This document shows positions 40,074 to 53,292 of a DNA stretch of 64,000 nt, piece after piece. Source of the DNA: Octopus sinensis (Eukaryota); NCBI RefSeq assembly GCF_006345805.1, contig NC_043005.1, positions 70,370,001 to 70,434,000 of the forward strand. The letters run 5' to 3'. Within the stretch, counting starts at the first letter, position 1; every line of letters starts with the position of its first letter. The position numbers were made by a program, and so were the translations under genes. The notes under the pieces are model-generated. The model was not told where the DNA came from. It saw nothing but the letters and a program-made list of their open reading frames with translations, and did no database searches.

Positions 40074-41199
40074 GATATATATATATATATATATATATAC
40101 GTATGCCTATATAAATACACACATGTGCACATACACATATACTTGTTATATGTATATTTTAGTATATGACTATATTTTATTTTTAGTATATTCGCGCACT
40201 CGTGTGTGTGTGTGTGTAGCTGTGTGTGTGTGTGTATTTGCGTAACTGTTAATAAGTTCGAGTGTACGTATTTATACCGGTATCCATATTTCTTCTATTG
40301 ATGTGTGTGTATGTCTTGGTGTGTGTGTGTGTGCGTGTGTGTGTGCGCATATATGCTTGTGTGAGAATTACTGGGAGAATGGGGTTGAGGAGAGAGGAAA
40401 TTATCCAAAATTCTTAGATGTTTACGGCACATCAATACCTTGCACATCTCGACGTACGAGCTGAATGTTAGAAATTCCTCTTGAACTTATTACAATAGCA
40501 TTTATGATTGTTATGAAAAAAATTTTGCAGACCCACTTCCATAAGTGCCAACTCTTTAGCAATGATATGCTGTTACCTTACATAGATTTGGTGGCATTTC
40601 CGTATTCTTATCTGCATTCTCAGCTTGCTTTTGTTCCAGAAGCATCAGCTCTTTATTAGATAAACTTAATCCGTGAGACATTAGCTGGAAACCCTACAGC
40701 ATTCGCAAGGGTCACACAATCTTTCTGAATTTGACATGGACCTTTTGCTTATGTAAAACTTGTAAAGTCTTGTATTGAGTCTGACGTATAGTTTTTGCCT
40801 CATACACCTAAAATATTTTATGCGTCATACTATATCTATAGAAAAGAAAATTCGAGCAGTTAACGGAATAATTTCATAAACATTTTACTTAATATTTTTC
40901 TCTGTTGCAACGTTTATTCCTACTAAAGACGTTATAAGTTTTGTTATTTTGGTAATGTAGCTAATTTTCCTCATCAGTTAAGCCTTTTAAAACACTGAAT
41001 CGTTATGCTGATCCTTTTCACAGTTACTTTCACTTCCACTTGATAAATTCTTTCTATCTTGTAATGTCTTACTTTTTTTGTTACATAATATGAAACAGTT
41101 ATCAAAGAATCTTTTCCAGTGTCTTTATCATATTTAAAAGGAAACTGGAAAAGATTTCTGGGTGACAATTCCATATTTTTACCTGAAGAAAGGAAGACC

Positions 41200-42225
41200 T
41201 TATAAGATGGAAAGAAGCTATCAACTATTTGTACGAAAAGGATCCGCAAAATGATACACTGTTTTAAACTGGCTTATTTAAATTGATAGATGGCATTCAT
41301 AAATCGATCAAGTTCACAGCAGAATGAAGATAAACTTAATGTTTTGGACATCTTGATAATTAAAGAAAATTAGACGATTGCCACCATGCAAGGGTATGGA
41401 CACATCGATATTTCGATATCAGATCTTGCCGCATATCCCACAATAAATTGAAAATCCCGTTTATTACAAGACGCATATTTTTTAATACGTAAGGACACAA
41501 ATAGGCAATGGAACTGATAGAAATATACACCATAGGAAACTAAATTACACCTGAAATTTAATAAAATCATTCCATTACCAAAGGTAATGAAAATCTAAAC
41601 TCTGTCTTACTGAGAAACACTACCAATAATGATGAAGACAAAATCACAAATATTAATATACCATTTTTAGTTACGCAATCCTAGAAACCTCTTCACCTAA
41701 ACGATGCTTTTCCAGGTCCACATCAAACACTGAATATCCGACAAAAAATTAAAGAATCGCAAATTATCAAAAGCCGCAGTCAGGAAACTCCTAACAAAGA
41801 CAAAAATCACATCGGAAAAAATAAATAATGCAGTAAAAAGTATTTGGAGGCACTGTGGAACGTGTGAAATATTATAATCGAAAAAAGAAACAACTAGAAG
41901 ATTTAAGAAATGGAAGGAATTGAAGTTTAATGCAAAACTGAATTGCAAATAAAGAGAATCTCATTCACTGCATCACAAATCTAAAATGAAATGAGAATTA
42001 TATCGGCCAAACGGGATCAAAATTTATATATCTTATTTAGAATAAATAAACAAGTCAAAGATTCATTTCTTAGAAATAGTTTATGAAGTGAAGATTTATT
42101 TAATTGTGCAAATGAAAATTTCAAAGTATTTCCTTTTTGCAAAATAAAGGGGGAAAATTATGGACTGCGAGATGAATAACAAAACTATTTTATGATAATT
42201 CAAAACCCAAAGCTAAATCATAAAT
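41200..42225 (+). pseudogene. Penelope-like element remnant (RT C-terminus plus GIY-YIG endonuclease)
   Basis: Fragments HKSIKFTAE, LDILIIK, THRYFDIRSC, CGTCEIL, AKLNCK, NLIHCIT and ENYIGQTG occur in the PLE order, with frameshifts. Confidence 0.75.
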
Positions 42226-42579
42226 AGTGTGCACTGCTATGAAATACAAGTTGATCCATAATACGTGTGAAAAATTAAACAGAGTAACAACTTACACACA
42301 ATGTGAAAACTTCTCTCCCAAATGTTTATTCCGTTTTGTTTTTTTCTGATTTTTGTTTAAGTTAAAACTTTTTACTTTAATAAAAGTTTTCTTCAAATAT
42401 TATAACATCACTGTAATCACCGTATTAAGATATGTTTAGTAGAAAATTTGTGTGAGAGAGAGAGACCGAGTGTGTGTGTGTGTGTGTGTGTGTATTTTGT
42501 GTGCATGCATATATGTATTTATGTATTTATACATGTATATATAAATATAGACACACGCACACACACATACCCTTCATAC

Positions 42580-43124
42580 CCTTTTAATTTGCTTTGGGCA
42601 AATGCCTCAGAATGCGCTCCTAGAAACAACTATGTATTTTGGTGTCGGCTACGTTTTGTCATTCCCAGCTTCCAAACTAATCCTATTGGATGGTTATACA
42701 TGAGGAACTCCTTACAGCTTACAATAAATATAATAGTAACGAAAATGAATTGTGGATGGGAATTTTTAGACTCAATGTATTGCGAAATGCGTTTCTGCAT
42801 CCCACATATTCATCTATGAAGGCATGTTCACATCCATATGTAATTATTAAATATTATTTATAAAGTTCATGATTCTTAAGTATGCCTCCATTGCTTATGT
42901 ATGCTTCTTCAGGCATTTAATAAATGCCTTTTTTTTTTGCTTTGCTAGTCCGATTTTTACACTTAAAGACAACTACCATTTTAATTTAATCAGGAAGCTC
43001 CGTTAAAGTTTTAGCCGTTACTTGTGAATCGTCACAACCTGTCAAAGAGAGAGGCAAAGACAAATAAGAAAAAGAAAAAAATATTAGGCGTTACAGGTGG
43101 CTCATCACTGCACGCCTAAGAGAA
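42580..43124 (-). repeat. Diverged direct repeat, copy 1 (partner 46350-46824)
   Basis: Shared blocks include CAGCTTACAATAAATA, AACGAAAATGAAT, TTTACACTTAAAG, GTCACAAC, CAAAGACAAA and GCCTAAGAGAA. Confidence 0.8.
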
Positions 43125-44086
43125 AGCGATGTGAGTCGTCGTACCAATATTTCTGTGCACCCGTCAGCACCTGACATTTATAAATAGCATTCCGCCTCAT
43201 GCAGTTGTTTTCGAACTTACATTCACTCTTAAGTCTATATTTTCATCTTATAGTAATGTTTTTCGTGCCATTCGAACGCGGGTTTTTACAGTGTTTGTTA
43301 TTCCTTCGGTGCTTTGGTTTTTTTTTATTCCGGTTTCATTTTATCCAGTTTTTTGTTATTTAGTTTGTGCACTCGGTAGTAGTTGAATAATATTCTTTAG
43401 ACCACAATATACTCACACGCAGCATCATTCAGAGATTGTCGCTAATTCTTCAGTTCTGTACCACATTGACGACTGTTAACATTTTTGAAGAGGCCTGTTC
43501 CCTAGTTAAATTTTGGCTTTCAAAATTTGAGATCTGATCCAATAGAAAACAATTTACATCAAAATTTGTATTAACGTTATAGGAGAGTAAATGACGCCAC
43601 CAATCAAATTTAGATCTAAATAGCTTTTTTATTTCAAAAGCAAAATATATTTACCTTAACTTAAATGATAGAAGAAAGCATGAAACTTTTCATTGTTTTG
43701 TTTCCATGCAGCAATAATTTATATAAAAAAGTTGTGAGGTAAAATATCTCGAAAAGAATATAAGGAAATTTACTTTTCTATATTAAAAACAATTATATTT
43801 TAATTTAACTTGAGTGATAGAACTCAATTCGAGGAACTTCATGGCATCAATCTCATGCAATAAAGTTTTAGAACAAAAAAAGTTGTGATTGGTTTTTTTT
43901 CAAATTTGAGAGTGATAATATAGTTCTTTACTATTTTTTAATATGGTTCTATAAGGAGACTTTTAATATGTCACCGGCGTCATTGTGGTAAGAAAAAAAA
44001 TTATCAACGAGACCGCTAATTGACACATTTGACACATTATTAATTAACATAATAGCATAGCTTGGAAGAAAAAAAAACATGGATTA

Positions 44087-44925
44087 CATGGAAAAATCCG
44101 AGTAAGAGGAATAATATTCTTAAGATTATAAACTTGGAAAATTACAGGACAAGTTATTACTCTCGGAAAAATTCAAGACAACTTATTACATCTGGTGAAG
44201 TTTGGAACAAGAAATTTTTACTTAAAATATTGCAGCTGAGGATAACATTTGAATAGTAAAATTATTTTATTTTAATTTACAAAGTAACATTGTAATTAAA
44301 AAAGATACCATAATTTTGTTAAAACATTGACACACTAGAATACATAAAATATGAGAGCCCGAAGTACGAATATAGCTAGAATTTTATGCAAAGTAAAATA
44401 GTATATATGATAGGCAAATTCATTATGTAGAAAATAGGCATTGGGTCATGACTATAAATGTGAAGACTTGGCAATAACTTATGAATTTGTTGCTATAGGT
44501 AGATTTTACTGATATATAACTAACTTTTGTATTATTCTATTTATTGTACTAATTAATTATGTACTACTATTATTTTTATAACCTATTTTCAAATTTCTTT
44601 TAATTGATAATTAAAAAATGAATTTATTTAAAGTGCAAAATTATTCTGAGTTATTTTTATTTTTAATAGAAGTAACAAGTAATAACATATAGAAAAACTT
44701 GTAATAAAATCGTTTTAGTTTTAATAAAAGCTAATATTTTCTAAATCTAATTATTTTATTTGAAATTTTATCCTTAGCTGCAATATTTTACGTAAAAATT
44801 TTCTTGTTCTGTACTTTACCCGATGTAATAAGTTGTCCCGAACTTTCCAAGTGTAATAACTTGTCCTGTAGTTTTCCAAGTTCATAATCTTAAGAATATG
44901 ATTTCCTTTGATCGCATTTTCCATG
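44087..44925. mobile_element. Non-autonomous DNA element with ~180-200 bp imperfect TIRs
   Basis: CATGGAAAA..ATTCTTAAGATTAT.AACTTGGAAAA.TACAGGACAAGTTATTAC is inverted at both ends. The core is AT-rich. Confidence 0.8.
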
Positions 44926-45034
44926 CACTAATACTTGAAGTTGTGTGAAGTTGCGTATGCCAATTTTAATTTGTGCTTTTGTTTTTACTCTTTCTCTTTT
45001 AACTGTTTCAGTCATTTGACTGCGGCTACTTTTT

Positions 45035-46300
45035 GTAGTTCTCCAAAGTATTGATTCGGGGTGATTTGATTCCTTAGTAGTGTGTATCCAGTTTTACTTT
45101 TGTTTATAAAATGTCTCGAAGTTTTACGTGTTCAGATTCAGTTTCACATCTAAGAAGTTTACTACTCTTTTTCGATTGTTATTGATAGACCTAATTTTTT
45201 GAAAGAATTTAAAAAGATTTTTCCTGTATCTTTCCATTACTCTATTGCCACTTTTTTCTAATATGAGCAAAATATAGACCCCACCATCTAATTTTGAAGA
45301 CTATGACTCAATCCGGAGAATATGTATATCTCGACGAGATCTCTTACCTGTGCTGAGTCATTTGATCCTATCATTATGTCAATACATTTGCTCCTATCGG
45401 ACCTAGCCAATAGTATTCTCCCATATTCAGTTATCGTGCTCTGTACTGCTAACCTTACATCTATTTCCTCCCTAGACAGGCCAGAGGTATTTTGCAAATA
45501 AAAATACTTCGATTAATACTACTGGGTTTATCGATGGGTAATTGTTAGTTATATCGAACAATATGAATTTAGTATGTTTTATTCTCTAACTCATTAAACC
45601 ATCTAATTACATCTGTCGTGCATGTCCATAATTTGAGCCCAGTCATAGATTTCAATTTTTGGTATTATTTTGCTTACCATACATATATCCGATTTAGATA
45701 AACATATGAGCCTCACTGTAGGGTTGTTCTCGAAATTTTCTTTGTGGTACTGAAGGTTTAATCTAGGCGCCCTTGGAGTGTACAGACTAGTTCTATCCTC
45801 TATTCCTAATTTCTTAACTATTTCGAGTTCCTTCTTGATAATCTCATTTAATGTTTCATTAGATGTGTGTTTATAATTGCTGTGTAATTGTTTGGTAGTA
45901 AGTTCCCTCTATATTTCAATATTAACATTATAAAGATTATTGGTTTTGTCTGCCGGTACTGGTATCCCTGTTGCACTCTCAAAGGTCTTCATTACCTCGT
46001 TGAGCCTTTTTTGATGTTAGTTGTATTTCCTTGAGGATTTTCTCAATCTACTATACTTTATACAGTTCTTCAAACGGAGCTAAAATCTTATTTGCCGGTG
46101 GATTTCAAAGGGATTTAAATTCCCTCTTCAGATTTTCCTCGAATTCTTTGTTACTGTTATTCTTGTCAGTCTTCCTGTCGAAAAAATATGTCCTCCATTT
46201 TATTCTATTTATGAATGAACCTACGTTTTCGGTCAGTTATTTGATATATTCTCTTCTGCTAAGTATCGGTATGTCCTTAAGTGATACGTCTAGCTTGATC
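45035..46300 (-). pseudogene. Penelope-like reverse transcriptase remnant
   Basis: SLKDIPIL..GSFINRIKWRTYF, YHKENFENNPTVRLI, VIRWF, FILFDITNNYPSIN, MIGSNDSAQVRDLVEIYI (ORF 45288-45497), VNFLDVKLNL and SNHP. Confidence 0.8.
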
Positions 46301-46349
46301 TTTTTCCATCCTTCAGCGACTTCCATTTCTATAATAAACTCTAATATAT

Positions 46350-46824
46350 CCTTTTAATTTGTTTTGGACAAATGCCCCAAAAAGCGCTCATAAAAGTTCT
46401 TATGCTACTTCTCGGTTACCTTCTGTTATTCCCACCTTACGGAGTAATCCTATGGGATGGTCATACGCGAAGAACTTACAGCTTACAATAAATATAGTAA
46501 TAACGAAAATGAATAGTGGATGAAAATTTTCAGACATTTTAATGTATTTCGGCATCCACATGTTCTTTTGTGATGATATTGTCACATACATAGAATATTA
46601 TTACATATTATTTTTAATATCTGTGAGACTAGTGTATACTTCCTCAGGCAATTACATTAATGCATGCTAGTTCGATGTTTACACTTAAAGGCTTTTACTA
46701 TTTTACTTCAGCTAGGAAGAACCGTTAACTTTTTGGGCATTGCTTTTGAACTGTCACAACTTATCAGAGAAAGACAAAGACAAAGGAGAAAAAGAAGTCA
46801 TTCATCACAGCAAGCCTAAGAGAA
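46350..46824 (-). repeat. Diverged direct repeat, copy 2, immediately 5' of the PLE RT remnant
   Basis: See 42580-43124. Confidence 0.8.
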
Positions 46825-47366
46825 GCAAAAACGAAAGCAGAACTAAGAAGACATATTTGATCTTAGGCTTGCAGTAATGAACCACAAGTCATATTTTAAT
46901 TCACTTTACTTCTACCTCCGTGACCTTATATCTCTCTTCAAATACTTCCTTATCAATCGGTGGTAATCACTCAAAAATGTAAAATGCAAAACTAGTGCGT
47001 TTCTTATTCCTTTGTTTTCTCTCTTTATCACAATCCTAAAGAAATCTGTCCAAAAGACTGATGTTGAGGTAAATATTAAAGGGTGTTTAGAGCTAAAATA
47101 TAAACCCTCCTTTGTTCTATAGAAAAGGAGTGAAACATTAACAGGAAAAAGTTCTCTTAAATACTTCAGTACCACTGTTCTGAGAATACAAAAATTCGCG
47201 TTTCTATTTCCATGAATGTGTTGTCTATGGTGTCCAGAGTTGCCAGACACTGAAAACTAAGTAATGGGATTGGAGTGATCAGTATCTTTAATGCTATGCA
47301 TATATATATACATACATATACATACACACACACACATATATATATATATATACATACATATATATG

Positions 47367-47397
<31 letters not shown>

Positions 47398-47399
<2 letters not shown>

Positions 47400-47735
47400 A
47401 TTAAATTAGAGATAAAACCACTATTAGGCAAATCATACAATGAAAAACTTAATCCAATACATAAGATTAATTAATTTATATTATTTAAATATATATCAAA
47501 ATTATTAAAAAAGATAATTAGTATAACACTACGATCGTTTCATGGCTGTCCAATTCTTAAAATTTCGAGTTACAGTCATTCTTCAGGTGGTTTAAATACT
47601 TAAGTTAGCGAGGTTTAATCAGTGGTTTAATCTCTAATTTAATATAATATAATATTTTACTATAAAATTGGATTCAATCCTAAATCTGATTTGTCCCTGT
47701 AAGTTTGGATTTATTCCCTAATATTATATTATTTA
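47398..47735. mobile_element. (TA)n-embedded PLE-like element with inverted segment and tail
   Basis: A 25-bp inverted repeat at 47398-47422 / 47621-47645 (1 mismatch) encloses a hammerhead. The tail runs to about 47735. Confidence 0.8.
47525..47592 (-). ncRNA. Minimal type I hammerhead ribozyme, canonical core
   Basis: AACCAC-CUGAAGA-AUGACUGU(22 nt)ACAGCCAU-GAA-ACGAUCGU-A-GUGUU: stem II 7/8 paired, palindromic stem III and a GUA site. Confidence 0.75.
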
Positions 47736-47737
47736 TA

Positions 47738-47778
<41 letters not shown>

Positions 47779-48495
47779 CAAGGAAAAAGAACTTAGTGTT
47801 ATTTTATGAATTTAAGATTCCTTCAACACTGACCTAGATTTTCTGTCACCACAGAAATAAGCTAACCTTTGTCTGTGGTATATCTATTCTCTCTTACTCC
47901 TTCATTCCCTTCCTCCCTTCCTCCCATAATGTCCTTTATTTTGGCCGAACCTACTTCGCTGTCCTTCTTGCTACTACAACCAAATTCTGTCTGCAACAGT
48001 TTAGATGTGAAATGAAGCGGTGTGTGACCAACAGCTTTCCTTATGTCTCATGGAATTTATATTTATATCTGCATCTTTATGGATGGATTTACCTTCTATG
48101 AGAAATTAACAATCATTTTAAAAACTTTTTTTAAAAAACTGTGCATTATTAGGAAACATTTAAGTCTGCTTATTATCTGGCTTCAAATTCATAGAACTCT
48201 TAATACTCTTAATGGATAGTTACATTCTCTAGGATGTCTGGAAAACATATATGTGATTTAGCTGATGAATACTGGACATTGTATTTGCTGCAATATTTGC
48301 AGCTTTAAATAAAATGTTCTTAGTACGAAACAATTGTACTAGACTACTAATCCATTCTTGTTGTTTTTTTCCTTGGTTATAAACACCCCACATTATTTTA
48401 TGGTTAATACCATAAAGAATTTCTGGTGCATCTAAGTTAAGTACCATATTCATTTGAATTCATTGGAATTCATTTGAATCTTAATTCTTTTGCTG

Positions 48496-48587
<92 letters not shown>

Positions 48588-48844
48588 AATATATATATAT
48601 ATATAAAGGTAAAATTGGAAGGTACCACACGTGTGAAATATATAGGGAAGAGGATTTGAAAATGCAGAGGTCCTTTAAAGGTGTTTATTGACTTGACCAG
48701 TTTCACTTTTTTAAAACAAGGATTTTCAAAAGTAAAGTGCAAGGCTTTTTGTAGCCTTTGTCAGTGTTGAAGATTACTTAACATAGATGTATTAAAATAC
48801 GGTAATAGTGTCTTTGACAATGATAAGAAAATATTAATGGAATA

Positions 48845-49280
48845 TTTGTGTGTGTGTGTATGTTTTTACTGCGAATGGGCATTTTGTGATTGTGTGTATG
48901 TGTGTGCGTATGTGTGTATATATGCGTGTGTGTGTGTGAGAGAGAGTTGTGTTGTATTTGTGTGTGTTTCTGTGTGTATGTGTTTGTTGTGGATGTGCGT
49001 TTTATGCGGGTGCGGTAGGGATATTATGTTATGTACGCGCACGTCTGCATGTGTGTGTGTTTTGTTTGTATTTTTCTGTGTGGTGCGTGTGCATGAGTGG
49101 GTGTGTCTTGTAATTGTCAGGGTGGTGTGTGTAAGTATGTGCGTGTACGTGTTTATGTATGTGTGTATATGTGTGTGTCTGTGAGTGTTTGTTGTGCTTG
49201 CTAGAATCGTATTGTGTGTTTTTTCTGGGAATGTGATGTGTTTTTGTTCGAGAGTGCGATATTTTGCTTGTGTGTGTGTG
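48845..49280. repeat. Cryptic TG-rich low-complexity tract
   Basis: Direct reading. Confidence 0.8.
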
Positions 49281-50663
49281 TCCTTGTAATTTTAAATGAA
49301 AATACATCGCATGAGACAGAAGTAATTATTGGAGAAACATGTGTTAATCAGCAATAGATGTGGAGCAGACATTAGTGTTTCCTCTACTTTGGTAACCTCG
49401 TGAAAAGATATCCGCTTGGCCCAACACATATACGTACAACATAAACTTGAGAAAGGGAAAGACCTGAAATCGTTAGTTAACCGCAGCAAAATTGTGTTAC
49501 TGTCCTTGTGCGTTGTTGAAAGCCATAAGAATATCATCGTTGCGTAAAAAGGAAAGCTTTTGAACTGAGAGAGCATATCTTTTCGAAATATTGTATAGAA
49601 AGAAATCGTTTTCGTTACAACAATCGATTGTATAGATGGCTCCAACATTAGGTTTATACTTAATATTGTACAGTTACCAAGTTTTTGCGCATCCTGATTT
49701 TGCAGCAACTAATAGATCATTCTTTCAGGAACGGTCTGGGAGGAGGGATAAGAAAGAGCTGAAGAGAATGGTGGAAATCTGTAGGAAAGTTGTCGTTATC
49801 GTTTAAGTCAAATAGAGTGTCTATTATTTGGATTCATAGATTCAACGGCTACCTGTAAAATGATAGTTATGTTAATATTCTGCACAACATCGTTTTGGTG
49901 GGAACAAGAGTTGCAGCTTCAGAAGGGTGCTGGGCTTTGCTATAAATTTATGAAAGGCTACATTCGGCATTCAGTTGCATTCTTCACATTCATCTATGAA
50001 TCTTCCAAAGTTTACACTCAGTGACAAATGAGGGCTAGCAAATGCCCAGTAAAGCGAAATATTTGCAATGCCTCATTTAGAGATTTTATAATTTTAGGGT
50101 TTTCTAAGTGTTTAGAGATAGTTGTGTTTGGGAACTGGCTACTAGAGGTTTAAGCAATTATATTTTTTCGTGTATTTATATTTCTGGTTGCCTATATAAT
50201 TAGTGTACTCTGAGCTCGAGATATATCGGTGTTTCCTACAAATCTAGCGATGCATTGTATCTGAAGGGTGCAGAGAATCGCACCAAAAACCAGCTGGCGG
50301 AGAATCTTCCTGGTGTTAAACTAGTAGTAACATTCATGTGCCACTTAGACATGGTTACTAGCTGTACTGTCTAGTATATTTTACTACTCTGTCTCTTTTT
50401 GAGATTTTATAACTACACTCACATACATACATACATACATACATACATACATACATACATACATACATACATACATACATACATGCATACATACATACAT
50501 ACTCATAAGGTAGTGGAATCTTATATGTATACCATTCTGCCTAACAAAATAGATCTACAAATACAATATCTCTACATATCTCACATATATTTTCTTTCCT
50601 CCACCTCACTCTCTATTTTGTATCTTATCAAAATTAACTATTGTTTAACCGTCTTCTCACACC

Positions 50664-50711
50664 GTCTCCGATGAAGGTATATAATAAATATCCTGGAAAC
50701 AGTTGTAAGAC
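50664..50711 (+). ncRNA. Minimal type I hammerhead-like motif (U4C) within an insert at about 50503-50777
   Basis: GUCU-CCGAUGA-AGG..CCU-G-GAA-ACAGUUGU-A-AGAC. The insert is flanked by (CATA)n and (CA)n(TA)n. Confidence 0.6.
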
Positions 50712-50784
50712 CTATCTATAAATGTTCTAAAATCTACACACCCTTGGTTTTTTATCTCATTACGAAAAAAAATTATATACACAC

Positions 50785-50847
<63 letters not shown>

Positions 50848-51347
50848 GGAGATAAATAAAAATATATGCATACATACAAACATATATGTACGTACCTACA
50901 TCTACATGTATATATACATGCATATATAAATAATTATACGGAAGTCCAGGACATCACAATAGACGTAGAAACAGAAAAAGCCAAAAAAACAAAAAACAAG
51001 AAAACGGAAAACGAAAACCAAATACAGGACAGGTTACACAAGGACAAAACCCGTCATCAGCTGTCGCTAGAGGAGTCAGGCATGTTTCGAAGGCATAACA
51101 GAACACTAATCAATAGGCCTTCCTGCGAGAGAATTAAAATAAAATTTCAAGCAGCGGGGCACAATGAGTACGAACACAAACAAGACGTAACAATAAGACT
51201 GCAAAATTAAAATACATGTACAAAAACAAACACAAGAGGACGAACGAAAAAGCCTTTTTTCTGGCATAGACAAACAATAAAACTGCAAAAATAAAAATAC
51301 ATGTACAAAAACTACAATTAGTTACAAAACGATATATATATATGAAT

Positions 51348-51790
51348 ATTGAATCATCCCATAAATAATGCAGTTTTTTTATACTTCTTTTAGCTTTCAA
51401 AATATAAATAAAGTTCTTTTTTAATCTAAAATATATTCTTCTTCCTTTTCTAAGATGCTTTTCCACATATCTAGTAGTCTTGCAGCAACCCTCTTCCAAA
51501 ATTCACTTTCCTGTGACAGAAAAGACTCCTCCAGTATTGTTCTGACCACGTCTACAGAATTCATTTTTTCTGTCCAAATGATTTTGAAGACTGCGGAATA
51601 AATGATAATCAGATGAGGCAATGTCTGGCGAATATGGTGGGCGGGGTGTTGTTTCCCATTCGAACAGCTCCACCCTTTTGAATGTCATCCTCGCAGTATG
51701 TAGCCGAGCATTATCCTGATGGAAGAATACCTTTCGACTCGAAACCAAAGATGGTCGTTTTTCTTCAAGTGCTGACTTAAGCTGCTCAGT
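51348..51790 (-). mobile_element. Mariner 3' half
   Basis: ORF 51503-51820 reads FFHQDNARLH..PPYSPDIASSDYHLFRSLQNHL. A TIR remnant TCATCCCATAA is present. Confidence 0.88.
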
Positions 51791-52155
51791 ACGTGTGCAT
51801 TTGATCAGGGTAGTCCACAAGTGACTAGACTGTCCCGAACTGAATAGAAATTATTAAATTATAATAATATAGGAGAAAATCGTTAAAACTTTTATGATGA
51901 TGCCAGCATATGAATTAGACCTCTTAAGTTGAATTCATATGTAGAGATTTATAAAAGTATAAAATAAAATTAACTATTATTTTATGAACTTCTGGCAGAT
52001 TACTCCCTCGATTTTACACGTTTGTTATAAAAGTGATGATTTGAATGGTTCGAAGATTTAGCAACTCTTTTCAGCATATAGGAATGGTACCCTCTATGTC
52101 CCTAATTATAATTGTATTTTATACTTTTATAAATATCTATATATACATACATACA

Positions 52156-52240
<85 letters not shown>

Positions 52241-53059
52241 CTTACACACAGACAGGCACACTCACACACATATATGCATATATGTGTTTTTATATATTTA
52301 CATATTTATATATAGTTAAACAAATATATTCAATGAGAATACAGTATACTGAATTTCAAATAAGTGCTCTTGGTAGGGAAATGTCTAAAACCTTAAAAGT
52401 ATTTAGTGATATAATAAGAGCGTTTATATATTATAAACTAAGTAACAGCAGGAAAAATTACATCAAAAAGTCACATGAGATATACATCCATAATATAAAT
52501 AACATTGCATTAATAGATACATATATAAAGTATGATTATTTAAAAGGCTTGAGATATTTTACGATAGTTTCATGACTGTATTACTCATCGAAACGAAATC
52601 CAAAGTTGATAATCATTATTAGCTAATACATCTACCCGTCACAGAAAAGGATGAATTTCTGTGTAGTCAATCGAATGAGAGAGATGCTATTTAAAAGCGT
52701 ATGATGAATTTGCTTAAAAACGTTACTGGGATAGATGTACATTGGTACAAACTTGGGTAAAAAATTTGAAAAAAATTATATAAATCCATAGTAAAAACCT
52801 TTGTAGTAATCAGTAATTGATGTGTTTAGATAGAAGTCCTATAATTCCATTTTCCTCAGTATGTAATCCATAAATGCAAAACATATTATTTATAATATAT
52901 TATATACATTTATATATGCAGATATACACACACATATATATATATATACATATATACAAATATATATGGGTGTACAGATATCTATATGTGACATATATAT
53001 ATATATGTGTATATATATGTGTGTGTTTGTATCCATGTATGTATGTATTTGTATGTCTG

Positions 53060-53182
53060 TGTATGTCTCCCAACATCGCGTAACACCCGATGCTAGTGTG
53101 CTTACGTCCCCATAATCTAGCGGTTCGGCAAAAGAGACGGATAGAATAGGTATTAGGCTTACAAAGAATAAGTCCTGAGGTT
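53060..53182 (+). mobile_element. SINE family B, partial
   Basis: CCCAACATCGC..CTTACAAAGAATAAGTCCTG. Confidence 0.75.
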
Positions 53183-53292
53183 GAATTATAGATGTATAAT
53201 TCTCTGGATGTGTCTGCGGGCGTGCACTCACGCGCGCGCACACACACACACACACAAACTCATACACACATACACACACATTGGTATATAAT

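Noticed and set aside
48229-48453. APEILYGINHK resembling the PLE YGLPKIHK motif
   Set aside because: The resemblance is isolated, with no downstream RT motifs.
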